From NCBI GenBank assembly GCA_044507735.1, contig JBIQJB010000001.1:64001-128000 (forward strand): DNA of 64,000 nt, written 5' to 3'. Under the pieces are notes generated by a model that was not told where the DNA came from, ran no database searches, and saw only the letters and a list, made by a program, of their open reading frames with translations. Source of the DNA: Nitrosopumilales archaeon. GTDB lineage: Archaea > Thermoproteota > Nitrososphaeria > Nitrososphaerales > Nitrososphaeraceae. Positions 1 to 9,931 of the stretch are shown here, in pieces; position 1 is the stretch's first letter, and each line of letters opens with the position of its first letter. The position numbers and the translations under genes are program-made.

Positions 1-169
1 GCTGCACCGCCTCTAGCTGTCTTGCTTTGTCAATCAGCACTTGCTCTTCCGGAGTTGTGTCCATTAGAAAGCGTGAGGCTGGTGGATTTAGGGCAATGAA
101 CAGCACGACGATGAAACCTATGCCTATCGCAAGTCCCGCAACAACCGGTAGCGCAATACCTTCAATCAC
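1..169 (-). CDS. Membrane-anchored hypothetical protein, N-terminal part (runs off the window edge)
   Basis: Not in the ORF track. Manual translation from GTG at 169: MIEGIALPVVAGLAIGIGFIVVLFIALNPPASRFLMDTTPEEQVLIDKARQLEAVQ, open to position 1; same N-terminal anchor motif as 1467..2039. Confidence 0.7.
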   Translation of the reverse strand, partial: MIEGIALPVVAGLAIGIGFIVVLFIALNPPASRFLMDTTPEEQVLIDKARQLEAVQ

Positions 170-240
170 AAGTGAAATAACGGTCTATTCTCTTTTGAGC
201 TTTTGTCCAATCTTCGTTGTAAGACTGAACCTCTGGATAG

Positions 241-1380
241 TCATAGCTTTTGCAGCCGGCCAAAAAACATTTTGAATTTGACAACTAGAACTATGGCAGC
301 CAGGGATGCGGCCGTAACGATGCCCATGAATACTGGACCAAATTCCGGAACCACAACCGCAGTGAATTGTGCAGACTCCGGGTTGTCAAGGCGATCAAAG
401 GATCCGCCAGCAGCAGCCTCCCTGTTTAAGGCAGTGATTTCGACTGCAATATCAAGTGAGCCTGTCTGATTTGCTACCAAATACTTTACATCAGTCCCGG
501 TGCTTGTATGACCGCTGTATCTCTCAGTAACATGATGGTGCAATGGCGAACCTTTGTATTCGATCTCATAAACGACTGTTGTACTATTGTTGATCAGCTG
601 CCTTGTGGTGGCATTGAAGAAGCTCAATTCAAGCTTGACAACAACTGGCGCCCTGATTTCTTGTGGCATTGTCAGGTTTACCATAATGGGTACAGACCCC
701 GGAGCAGTCACTTGTGTTAGCGTGAGGTTGCCCAAGTTTCGCATGCCAGCCATATCGTCTTTGAATATCCACTCGCCACTATCAGTATCTAGCTCCCAGT
801 ATGCCCGGTCTCCGTACGGATCAGATAGCGCAGGTGTGCTATAGCTATATGTTCCACTCAAGTTTGATGCATCGCTTATTGTGTAATTGATGGTGACGAC
901 AGCGCCATCTTTGTCCGCACCCGGAGGCGGACCACTGCCTTCACCGCCCCCCACCCCGCGTCTTGTATTGAAAAGGTTAGCTGTGGAAATAATGCAGCTT
1001 TCGTTTGGTTCAAGTACCAGGCTGTCTGTAAAGTCAAAAGCTGAGCCTGTTCCTCCAATCCCGAGAGGATTGACTGAGTCTACTTCAATATCAAAGAGCC
1101 CTGCTGTTGCAAGCGTCTCATTCTTGATGTTAGTAAGCTCAATCCAGGCATACGCAAAGCCATCCACTTGACTTAGGCTGCCTTCTTCCGCCGGTAGGCA
1201 CGGCTCTATTTTCTCTTCCAAGCCCCTTAAGGGAGCCCATGGGTCAACCCTTGTGATTATTATTGGCGGATAGGATGATGCATGGGCCGGTGCCGTGCAA
1301 TCGGCAACTGCGATGATCGCCAACGCAAGGCTGCAAAAAATCAAAATCCGGCTGGCGGCTTCGGCTGAACGGATGCCCAT
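241..1380 (-). CDS. Secreted/surface protein with PEFG-CTERM sorting signal
   Basis: Signal peptide; many N-x-S/T sequons; C-terminal VVPEFGP + hydrophobic helix + basic tail. Confidence 0.8.
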   Translation of the reverse strand: MGIRSAEAASRILIFCSLALAIIAVADCTAPAHASSYPPIIITRVDPWAPLRGLEEKIEPCLPAEEGSLSQVDGFAYAWIELTNIKNETLATAGLFDIEVDSVNPLGIGGTGSAFDFTDSLVLEPNESCIISTANLFNTRRGVGGGEGSGPPPGADKDGAVVTINYTISDASNLSGTYSYSTPALSDPYGDRAYWELDTDSGEWIFKDDMAGMRNLGNLTLTQVTAPGSVPIMVNLTMPQEIRAPVVVKLELSFFNATTRQLINNSTTVVYEIEYKGSPLHHHVTERYSGHTSTGTDVKYLVANQTGSLDIAVEITALNREAAAGGSFDRLDNPESAQFTAVVVPEFGPVFMGIVTAASLAAIVLVVKFKMFFGRLQKL

Positions 1381-1466
1381 CTGTGTAGAGGATAATATTG
1401 TTATCTCCTAGATGAGCCTTTTGCATCCGGCGTCTACACAATCTCCTTTCGAGCCTTTGGCTACAG

Positions 1467-2039
1467 TTATTCCATCAATGAGTCTGCTATCGTTACCAGC
1501 GTTTCCAATGGTGTATCAAGTGACCTTGCATTGATTGCAACGAATGTACCTGTCATGTCGTCCACTGCCACTAGGCGGGCTTTGAGATATGCTTCATCCC
1601 AATAGCCTACTGCATGCATCCTTCCGTCTTGCAAAACATAGCTAGTGGCGTTGATGTTGCTTGCTTGATATCTTGCGATCTCCTTCTGTACATATTCTGT
1701 TCCGTTCTTGGCATCGTTTTCTTTGCTAAAGGATGCCTCAACAATCTCGATTACGCCCTGCTCAGGTTCATATGGATTGTTTGGATCGCAAAGTGATCTC
1801 GTAAAGTACTGCATGTTAACATAGACGTCTGGCACATAGACTACTGATTGAAGAGAATAACCCGCAGGCAATGTCTGTGGCAGCAATACCATAAATGGCG
1901 CATTTTCTTTTACACTCTCTATGCTCTGCCCACAAATAGCGGTAGTGCTGCCGCTACCTGTGGCAAGCACTGAAAGCATCACTATAAACGCAATACCTGC
2001 AGCCAAACCAATTACAACAGGCAATACTTCTCCACCCAT
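1467..2039 (-). CDS. Membrane-anchored hypothetical protein
   Basis: 190 aa; N-terminal TM LPVVIGLAAGIAFIVML; PFMVLLPQTLPAGY segment typical of DUF4367-like extracytoplasmic domains. Confidence 0.7.
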   Translation of the reverse strand: MGGEVLPVVIGLAAGIAFIVMLSVLATGSGSTTAICGQSIESVKENAPFMVLLPQTLPAGYSLQSVVYVPDVYVNMQYFTRSLCDPNNPYEPEQGVIEIVEASFSKENDAKNGTEYVQKEIARYQASNINATSYVLQDGRMHAVGYWDEAYLKARLVAVDDMTGTFVAINARSLDTPLETLVTIADSLME

Positions 2040-2117
2040 AGCTAATAGTTCTATAGCAATGTAGCACCTACATCAGTATTACGTAGGCAGCATCTATCAT
2101 TCCTTTTTCTTTCTCAG

Positions 2118-3017
2118 CTATATCCTATTTCGCCCGCAGCTTTTCTTTCGGGAGCTCAGGATCAAGATGGATGCCATACCCACTGCTGTTACTATAATGG
2201 AAAACGAGCCAAATTCGGGTATAACAGATGTACCTATTACATCAATAGATGATGCATTTTGAGGATAGCGAAATTCTAGGCTGCTAATTACCATAATTCC
2301 GTTCTGTCTATATTGTCGTTCTGCAAAATCCACCTGTTTCCCGTCTACAAGAACAGTGTAGTTGCCACCTAACAACCTATGAGGTATCGTGATTGAAAAA
2401 TAGCCCTCATTTGCCATTTCGCTTCTACCTTCAATGTCAGCATGAATTTTCTTTTCTTCTTGGATGAATAAAAGATCGCATTTCATTGCATTGGTTCTTA
2501 ACCCAACCCTAACCTGCTCTTTCTCACCGTTGCCATACGCACCAGTTACGTTTTGCTCCAATTGCAGTATGAAGGGATGGTCGTGGGGTTCTAGAATATC
2601 TCCGGAAGTGAGCTCAAGTCTGTCAGAACCTCTCCAGCCTAGGTCAATACGCAAAGAAATTTGTTCGCACGTTCTTGAGAGTTCCTGAAACTCGGCGACT
2701 TCATCGTCAGTAAAGATTGCAGGCTCGTAGTGGTCGGTGAATAAAAGAACGTCGTACAATTCCCTAGGAAATGTCAGATCTAGGTATCCTCCAACGGGAT
2801 ATGTAAATGAGATAACCATGAAAGTGGAATCCTCCACTGTAACGTTTTTGATTGAACCGCTGTAGCTAAAACTGTAAAAGAGTGGATAGGTATTGTCTCC
2901 AACTTGAACATCTATGGACTGTAGGCTGCCAGAAGCATGACTCGGAATGACAATAGAAGGGAAAAGCGCAGCCGCAAAACCAAGACTAGATAGAACGATA
3001 AGTGTTATTCTAGCCAT
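2118..3017 (-). CDS. PEFG-CTERM surface protein
   Basis: Signal peptide; IPHRLLGG..VLVDG..IDVIGTSVIPEFG + TM + RKK, typical thaumarchaeal PEFG-CTERM architecture. Confidence 0.85.
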   Translation of the reverse strand: MARITLIVLSSLGFAAALFPSIVIPSHASGSLQSIDVQVGDNTYPLFYSFSYSGSIKNVTVEDSTFMVISFTYPVGGYLDLTFPRELYDVLLFTDHYEPAIFTDDEVAEFQELSRTCEQISLRIDLGWRGSDRLELTSGDILEPHDHPFILQLEQNVTGAYGNGEKEQVRVGLRTNAMKCDLLFIQEEKKIHADIEGRSEMANEGYFSITIPHRLLGGNYTVLVDGKQVDFAERQYRQNGIMVISSLEFRYPQNASSIDVIGTSVIPEFGSFSIIVTAVGMASILILSSRKKSCGRNRI

Positions 3018-3192
3018 GAATGTAATAGCTCTTCATTTCTTTTAGCCTTTAGCTGCTTTCAGAATTTCGGGAGATTAACTTTTACATCGTATATATCGAG
3101 ATCAACGGTGCTGATTCTAAAAACATTGTTGCTCCTTCAAATATCCCAAAACATCATCCGTTACCCGGTATTGACTCCCTATCCCGTCAGGA

Positions 3193-3507
3193 GTGCAGAA
3201 AACTGTAGAGGAAGAGGGCATGCCATATCTGAAAAAGGACAATCCCAAGCGCTTATCTGACATAAGGGACGCCTTTGAACAATACATTTCAATCCTTGGA
3301 GAGAGCGCCAAGAACGCAATGATGTATGAACTGACCGTTTATGCCAGGGTATATTTTGATGAGCCCGATCTGTCCATTGTGAAACTGCACGAAGGTCTCA
3401 AGCTTCTATATGGACCGGATACTGCTGACATTATCACAGAGGAAGTTATCTTGAGACTAGATAGATTTGCGGAGGAAAGAAAACAAAGACAGCAGCAGTC
3501 ACTGTGA
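3193..3507 (+). CDS. Small helical protein, DUF3227/NitrOD-like output domain
   Basis: ILGESAKNAMMYEL...LHEGLKLLYG pattern resembles this archaeal family; alternative ATG at 3220. Confidence 0.55.
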   Translation: MQKTVEEEGMPYLKKDNPKRLSDIRDAFEQYISILGESAKNAMMYELTVYARVYFDEPDLSIVKLHEGLKLLYGPDTADIITEEVILRLDRFAEERKQRQQQSL

Positions 3508-3699
3508 TACACATACCCTAGTATGCATGAGCCTCTTTCTTGTGTTCTTGCAGCTGACCATAGTATGGAAAAACAGCCCTGCATTTATCACAATACCAGT
3601 CTAGATTGCGACGCAGCCGAGCCCTCCATAGTCTTAATGGAACCTTTCCCATCATTGCGTTGTGCTTGAATTATTCGATATAACCATTATGCAAATAAC

Positions 3700-3993
3700 T
3701 CACCTACAAGGCTTGCACGGTAATAGCTCTGCTGGATTGGGATGATCTCTCTCAATTAACAGCCAGTTCATTTGGGCAATGCAGTAAGTCTCGTCAGAAG
3801 TTAACGGGATCAGTGATAATAACCTGGTTTTCTCGGGACAGGCTGGGCAATTCTCAAGTGAACCATGTTCCAAGATCGTGGCACTCCAATAACAAGAGTC
3901 GCAGAGTGCAAACTGTCGTTTTGGTTTTGTAACACTTGGTTCCATTTGCAAAGAATAGGTAGTTGTTGACATGGCGGAATATTCGTGTGTCAA
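3700..3993 (-). CDS. Small Cys-rich zinc-ribbon protein (C-terminus possibly degenerate)
   Basis: CDSCYWSA...CPAC pairs. Confidence 0.5.
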   Translation of the reverse strand: MTHEYSAMSTTTYSLQMEPSVTKPKRQFALCDSCYWSATILEHGSLENCPACPEKTRLLSLIPLTSDETYCIAQMNWLLIERDHPNPAELLPCKPCR

Positions 3994-4441
3994 ACTAGAT
4001 AATGCTTGTCAAGATTGATTCCGTAGGTTCCCATAATCTATGTAGTGGTAGATGGTGTCATTGATCTACAGCGAATACACTTTTTGGCTCACACTCTTAT
4101 TCAAATGTCAAGAGGTCATGGAAACTCCGACAACGGATAAACACACACTAACACAGCCATCCCCCATGAAGTTGTGGAGCCACACCATCGCCTCTAAACA
4201 TTATCACCCGTAACTTAACGTCCACTTTTCCATACCCGAAAACCACCCTTAAGTTAGCGCTCGTCAGAAAACAGGGAAATCTGCAGCCAACTTAACAGTG
4301 TCAAAATGATAGCTTACATCGCTAAAAAACTATAATATCATAATAAATTGGCGTAAGGTTGACGAATTTTCTCAAACAGGGAAAATACACGCGATGAATG
4401 GCATCTTGATTATTTTGTGCTCCAAGGCTTCCCGTGTGCTC

Positions 4442-5029
4442 TTAAGCTTTCCTTGCAACTGCCTTTATAGCCCCATAAATCACAATGCCAATACCGACAA
4501 GTGATGCTACAGCGGCAAGGGGAATCATTCCTAACAGGGCTTTGCCCAGCGGGTTGTGGACATCGCTGTAATTGGTCAAGAATCCAAATTCGTACGCGAC
4601 GCTTGTCTGTCCCCTGTGAATCCTGTTGGTTCCGTCTTCAAGGCTAGACAAAGTTGCTGTGTAGGTGCCAAAGTTGCCATCAGGTTTCAAAGAAACAATT
4701 ATTCTAAGTTCATTAAAGTCATCTTCAAATACAATTTCATTGTCTGGATCTCTGATTTCAAGATGCGCTGGAATTGCGATTGGATTTGAGCCTGAAGGGG
4801 AATAGAAAGCTGCTCTAAATGTCAGGTCTTGTCCTACATCCTGTACTACTCTGCATTCTGCCTCAATTACTCTGCCGGGAACAAATGAAGTATTTGTGGG
4901 ATTACCGCACAAAGCCATGGGAGATAGCAAGCTAGCAGACCCAAAAAACAGCCCTACTCCAAAAGATAGGACAATAGCCCCTACTATCAGAATCTTGTAC
5001 TTGTGCAGGGGGTTTTGAACAACTGCCAT
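4442..5029 (-). CDS. Hypothetical membrane protein (N- and C-terminal TM helices)
   Basis: Two hydrophobic segments flank a beta-rich domain; ATG at 5029 preferred over GTG at 5050. Confidence 0.7.
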   Translation of the reverse strand: MAVVQNPLHKYKILIVGAIVLSFGVGLFFGSASLLSPMALCGNPTNTSFVPGRVIEAECRVVQDVGQDLTFRAAFYSPSGSNPIAIPAHLEIRDPDNEIVFEDDFNELRIIVSLKPDGNFGTYTATLSSLEDGTNRIHRGQTSVAYEFGFLTNYSDVHNPLGKALLGMIPLAAVASLVGIGIVIYGAIKAVARKA

Positions 5030-5217
5030 ATCACCATCCCTACTGTGCACAAGAGCAATCCCGTGCTTATTAAGATATTAAATGTTGTATGTCTTTTTGC
5101 ATGTTACACCCAATTTTTCATACAAATGCAATACAAATTCCGAGAAAGGTTAAGTAAATGCGATACATAAAACCGTCTGTAGGCATGGCATACAAAATGC
5201 CTATAGAAGGTATTTGA

Positions 5218-6231
5218 TTGTCCGCGCCCAACCCTTCAACAAATGCTACTCCTCGTGTTCACGATTATGAGGCAAGACATCTAGAAGAATGGAGAACTGC
5301 AAGAGGTATTTTAGAAAAATTTGATGATCGGATACACGACCTGCGCAAGGTTGGATTCACCTTCATCACGGCACTTCTTGCTGCACAGTCGATCCTTTTT
5401 CCGAACGTTGCAACCCTGCTTGCCCCTTCAACCAACGAAGCAATCGATATGCCAGAACCATTGAACGCGCAAAATACAACTTCCGCCAACCAAAATTCAT
5501 TAGCTGAAACACCTGCACAATCGAATACCGTTTTGCCTGACGGAATCAAGTTTGCCGTCTTGCTAGTTACGCTTTTTCTGATTATTCTTGTGAAGATGAT
5601 CGAAAGAAACTACAAGCTTTTTCAGCAAGCAACATCGCTGAGGGCGATCGTTCTTGAGCATAGTCTGAATTTAGAGCTGACAGAGACCATAGCTAGCAAG
5701 CACCAGAGCCACCGAATGGACTGGTACTCGATGGCAGTCTACTATCTTTTCGAGCTTGCTCTTGTTGTACTTGCGTTTGCCGTCCTACCTGCGAGCCAAG
5801 ATTTAGCTATGACACTTGCAGTCATTGCGCTAGCTGAGGGAGTCTTTCATTTTGTTATAGAACGTTTGTATTTCTGGAGGAAAAGGGTGATTGACTGGAC
5901 TATCGACAAGACTAAAGTCTATCCTGCGGAAGAATTCTGTGTGACAGTCACAAACATATCATTATCGGAGAAAACACGAAAGCTGTTTAAAGCAGGTGCG
6001 ATTGCTTGGCGGCTGGAGCACGCTTCGGGCACAAGTACCTTCGCTTTTAAGTCACCGATTGAACTTGAGCTCGGCAAAATGGCCAAGTTTTCGTGGTCAT
6101 TTGCATTTCCGCCTGGTGCACCAAAGGGAATCTACTACTTGCGAGTCTTCAAAGGAGATGCTTCCAATGAATTGTTCGGGGCTGAAGGCGAGTCAAAAGT
6201 ATTGCGTAGGAACGTAGAGCTTGTCCCTTGA
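5218..6231 (+). CDS. Multi-TM hypothetical protein with C-terminal beta-sandwich-like domain
   Basis: 337-aa ORF, about 4 hydrophobic segments, AT-rich flanks. Confidence 0.7.
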   Translation: MSAPNPSTNATPRVHDYEARHLEEWRTARGILEKFDDRIHDLRKVGFTFITALLAAQSILFPNVATLLAPSTNEAIDMPEPLNAQNTTSANQNSLAETPAQSNTVLPDGIKFAVLLVTLFLIILVKMIERNYKLFQQATSLRAIVLEHSLNLELTETIASKHQSHRMDWYSMAVYYLFELALVVLAFAVLPASQDLAMTLAVIALAEGVFHFVIERLYFWRKRVIDWTIDKTKVYPAEEFCVTVTNISLSEKTRKLFKAGAIAWRLEHASGTSTFAFKSPIELELGKMAKFSWSFAFPPGAPKGIYYLRVFKGDASNELFGAEGESKVLRRNVELVP

Positions 6232-6980
6232 TTTCGAGTCAAACTGATAGTTCATTTTTTTACCTTATATTGGATTGAAAAAGCTAAATAGCACGCTCTA
6301 CTGATAACAGGATGCTATGGAAGACATTCTTTCCTCAAAGAAGAATGAACCCTCAAGCACCGCGACGGGTTGCAAATCCCTCTCCCGGCGCTCTTCATGA
6401 TCATAATAGAGAATGCCACAACGTTGAGGAAAGGAAAAAGCGAGCAACCATTGAATCCGTGGGGGTACAAGACTCTTCGCCTTGGGAATCCGCAACAGTT
6501 GCAAAATTTTACTCTGCCATATTGCCCAGTTCTGTTGACGAAAAGCTCCGCCGCAGTTGCGGAGCGGGGCGACTCAGAGCTGAAGGAGGTGCAGAAATGC
6601 GTCAGGTAGAACAACAAGGGGTGGACCAGAATCGTATGCACAAGCATGTGCCTGCCCGGAAGCTTGTCACGATTTAACGCTATGGAAGAATGCTCGAAGC
6701 AAGACAAACATAGTCTGATCTATTCAAGGTATTATCCAAGGATTGTTGATCTCAAATAGTCGGGCGTATCCGATATTGCAGGACGATGAGGTCTAACCTG
6801 AACATGGGGATCTGCCTGTTAAAGAGTAGATGGACCTTCCGCAAGTATTGTAGTCGGCACAATTGGTTATCAACACATTGAAACTTGGCATATTTTTCCT
6901 CACGAATCCGGAATGTTCAATCTACGAGCAAGAACGTTGGACCGAGATCACATTCGACTGATCCTAAAGATACTAGACTC

Positions 6981-7799
6981 CTATTGCATTCCCAGCTTGA
7001 CGTATAGCGGCCATACAACTCTTCTCTTTTCATTTACCATGTGTTTTCCGCCCCAAGCATCCTCAAGACTATCGATGATATCTCTGACCGGATCATACTT
7101 GTTTCTCTCCATGAATTTTTGGACGCTGGACCAGCTGTGAAAATAGTTAACAAGGTCCAGCATACTCCAGTTCAACTCAATCTGAAACTGCGGTGCTGAC
7201 ACCTGTTCAAATGGAAAGGGGATAGTCTCGTATCTGGCTTCAACATATTTTCTCTCTGGAGCCCAGTACTTGTCACCAAGAATATCTTCATACAGATGGA
7301 ACGAAACTTTGTCAATCTCTGGAGAAATCGAGTGAAGGCCATATGCCCATGCGGCTATAATGCCACCTCTTTCTGATTTCCCCTCCCTTTTCTTCAATAC
7401 CCTTTTTGCCTCGCTGTAAAACTGGTCAAAATCAAACCAGTGCAGAGCTTGAGCGACAGTAATCAAGTTTACACTATTATCTTCAAGAGGCGTATGTTCG
7501 GCAGGAAAAATGCGGTACATGACATTGCTTCTTTGTTGGGCATTTTGTATCTGCTTTGAGCTAATGTCGCTTGCAACAACCTGCTTAAAGTAGTCAGCTA
7601 GCGCGACCGCGGCCTGCCCGTTTCCCGTAGCGCAATCCCATGCTAGGTTCCTTTCATCAACCAAACTGACGATATGCTCGAATAACACACGAGGATACTT
7701 TGGCCTTGAAATGGCATACTCCTTTGACTGCTTTGAAAACAAGTCTTTCACGGATGGTTCTTGGGGATCCAACCTGTGCGAGTAATTGCTGGTTGACAC
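6981..7799 (-). CDS. Class I SAM-dependent methyltransferase (Methyltransf_11 type)
   Basis: YAISRPKYP, AWDCATGNGQAA, ITVAQALHWFD motifs. Confidence 0.9.
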   Translation of the reverse strand: MSTSNYSHRLDPQEPSVKDLFSKQSKEYAISRPKYPRVLFEHIVSLVDERNLAWDCATGNGQAAVALADYFKQVVASDISSKQIQNAQQRSNVMYRIFPAEHTPLEDNSVNLITVAQALHWFDFDQFYSEAKRVLKKREGKSERGGIIAAWAYGLHSISPEIDKVSFHLYEDILGDKYWAPERKYVEARYETIPFPFEQVSAPQFQIELNWSMLDLVNYFHSWSSVQKFMERNKYDPVRDIIDSLEDAWGGKHMVNEKRRVVWPLYVKLGMQ

Positions 7800-7908
7800 T
7801 TAATGCTTGCTACACATTCTCGGTTATTTTTCATGCAAAAATGATGATGATGACAAGGTCGGCGCAAGAACATCGGGTCATGGTCTCTAGCGGATACCGC
7901 TTCGGAAC

Positions 7909-7931
7909 TTCGACTCTATGATAGAATCGAA
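7909..7931. promoter_or_regulatory. Near-perfect 11-1-11 palindrome in a divergent intergenic region
   Basis: TTCGACTCTAT-G-ATAGAATCGAA, one mismatch. Confidence 0.35.
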
Positions 7932-8283
7932 CACACGGAAGGAATCATACCACGAACCGTGGCTCTATGATGATTTGATCGTGATGTCAAAGGTACCTAA
8001 TTCTGATGCCTTGAAACCCGTGAGCTGCAGGAAGGTGAGGGAGAATATCCTCTCACAGTATTATGGAACTGTATATGAGAACAAATATTTTGTGATACTC
8101 CAGTCCAGAGGCTAAGGCTCTGCCTGATCGATATTTGCATGTATAATTGCCTCGCTTACTAGATTGTTAACCAGATAGATGGGAGAGGCGATCTGCCCTA
8201 ACATGGCCCATGTGACTCCTGATAACCGCGGAGGTTCCAATACATCTTTCGCATATATAGTCTTGATATGGCATATATCGTGA

Positions 8284-9810
8284 ATGGCAGCGAAAGGGTC
8301 AAGGCTTAAACATCTTAAAAAATTTGGCCTGATACTTGGCCCTGCTCTGTTTCTTGCAATAATTGCGGTCACGCCGTCTGATGAGACGTTGTCTTTCGGC
8401 GCCGTGGTAGTTCTTGCAGCTACTCTCTGGATGGCTACGTGGTGGATAACTGAAGCAATCCCGATCTACGTGACTGCGTTATTGCCCCTGGCAATCTTTC
8501 CGTTGCTAGGAGTCACCGACATTCGCGAGACGTCGGCAAGCTATGCAGACCCAATCGTGTTCCTTTTCCTTGGAGGGTTCTTGGTAGCCAAGGCAATCGA
8601 GAATTCGGGCCTGCACAAGAGGTTTGCCTTGACAATGCTCCGAATATTTGGCACCAAGCCAAAATACATCGTTGCAGCGTTCATGATAGTAACCGGCTTT
8701 ATGAGCGCATGGATGAGCAACACTGCCATCACGCTCCTAATGCTGCCAATAGCGGTGGCAGTCATATCGCAGTTTTCCAATTCGCCGATTCTGGATAGCC
8801 GGAAAAAGGAGATGTTTGCAACTTGTCTCCTGCTATCTATTGCGTATTCAGCAAGCCTAGGAGGATTAGCCACGCTTATAGGAACACCGCCGAATGCGAT
8901 CTTTGCCTCACTAGCACAGTCCCTCTCGGATGTCGAAGTCTCTTTTACCCAGTGGATGTTCATGGCCATGCCAATTAGCGCTGTCTCTCTGTTTGTGGCC
9001 TGGTGGTACCTGACAAATTTCGGGGCAAAGGTAACCGACATACCTTCTTTGGCCGAGGAAAAAGATCAGATTGTGAGTGAGCTGGCAAAACTGGGAAGAA
9101 TGGCGAAAAACGAGAAAGCAGTAATGGCAGTGTTTGCTGCTACGGCCACCGCATGGATTACTAGGGGACTTATCTGGAAGGATGCGCTTCCGATGATCGA
9201 TGATTCTACCATAGCGATCGCCGCGGCCATATCTCTATTCATAATCAGAGTTCCGCATTCAAAGCACCCATTGGAATCAGAAATCGACACCAGCAATGAT
9301 TTCAACTTGACAGGAAACAATGCTGGTAGTGCGCTCCTAGATTGGAAGACTGCGGTTAAAATTCCGTGGGGCGTACTGATATTGATTGGCGGAGGTCTTG
9401 CACTTGCCAATGGATTTGCATCAACCCAACTGGACGACTGGATCGCGGGTCAGCTCGTGTTTCTTGGACAAACTCCCCACCTGATAATTATTATCCTCGC
9501 AATAGTCACAGTAACCATATTTTCTGGGGAAATTATCAGCAATACCGCGACCGCGGCGCTGTTCATCCCCATAACCGCTTCACTTGCCGTCTCGCTTGGG
9601 ATTACGCCAGTTCTCCTTATGGTTCCCGTTGCAGTTGCTGCAAGCTATAGTTTCATAATCCCAATAAGCACCCCACCAAATGCCATAGTGTTTTCCACCG
9701 GCCACGTCACGGCCGCCAAGATGGCGCGTGTAGGTCTTCCCATGGCCCTCATTGGGGTGGGACTTGTAACCCTATTTACAAGCATCCTCGTACCGCTGAT
9801 CTGGGGCTAG
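8284..9810 (+). CDS. DASS/SLC13 family Na+-coupled dicarboxylate/sulfate transporter
   Basis: WWITEAIP, two SNT motifs (MSNTA, ISNTA), IGTPPN and STPPNA. Confidence 0.92.
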   Translation: MAAKGSRLKHLKKFGLILGPALFLAIIAVTPSDETLSFGAVVVLAATLWMATWWITEAIPIYVTALLPLAIFPLLGVTDIRETSASYADPIVFLFLGGFLVAKAIENSGLHKRFALTMLRIFGTKPKYIVAAFMIVTGFMSAWMSNTAITLLMLPIAVAVISQFSNSPILDSRKKEMFATCLLLSIAYSASLGGLATLIGTPPNAIFASLAQSLSDVEVSFTQWMFMAMPISAVSLFVAWWYLTNFGAKVTDIPSLAEEKDQIVSELAKLGRMAKNEKAVMAVFAATATAWITRGLIWKDALPMIDDSTIAIAAAISLFIIRVPHSKHPLESEIDTSNDFNLTGNNAGSALLDWKTAVKIPWGVLILIGGGLALANGFASTQLDDWIAGQLVFLGQTPHLIIIILAIVTVTIFSGEIISNTATAALFIPITASLAVSLGITPVLLMVPVAVAASYSFIIPISTPPNAIVFSTGHVTAAKMARVGLPMALIGVGLVTLFTSILVPLIWG

Positions 9811-9931
9811 ACCCGATGGCACTTGTATGAACGAAATCTTTTCGCATCAACACAATTTTGCAATGGCGATAACACCTTCCTGTAGATACCCTAATCCACT
9901 TGTCACAACTTTTCAGGATCAGGCAGAGTAC

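Noticed and set aside
4200-4390. Short repeats AAACAGGGAAA (twice) and AACTTAAC in a non-coding stretch as origin (ORB) boxes
   Set aside because: They do not match the TTCCAxTGGAA ORB core and there is no orc1/cdc6 nearby.
6314-6689. 11-bp direct repeat GCTATGGAAGA (6314 and 6679) as a target-site duplication
   Set aside because: No terminal inverted repeats or transposase-like frame between the copies; may be chance.
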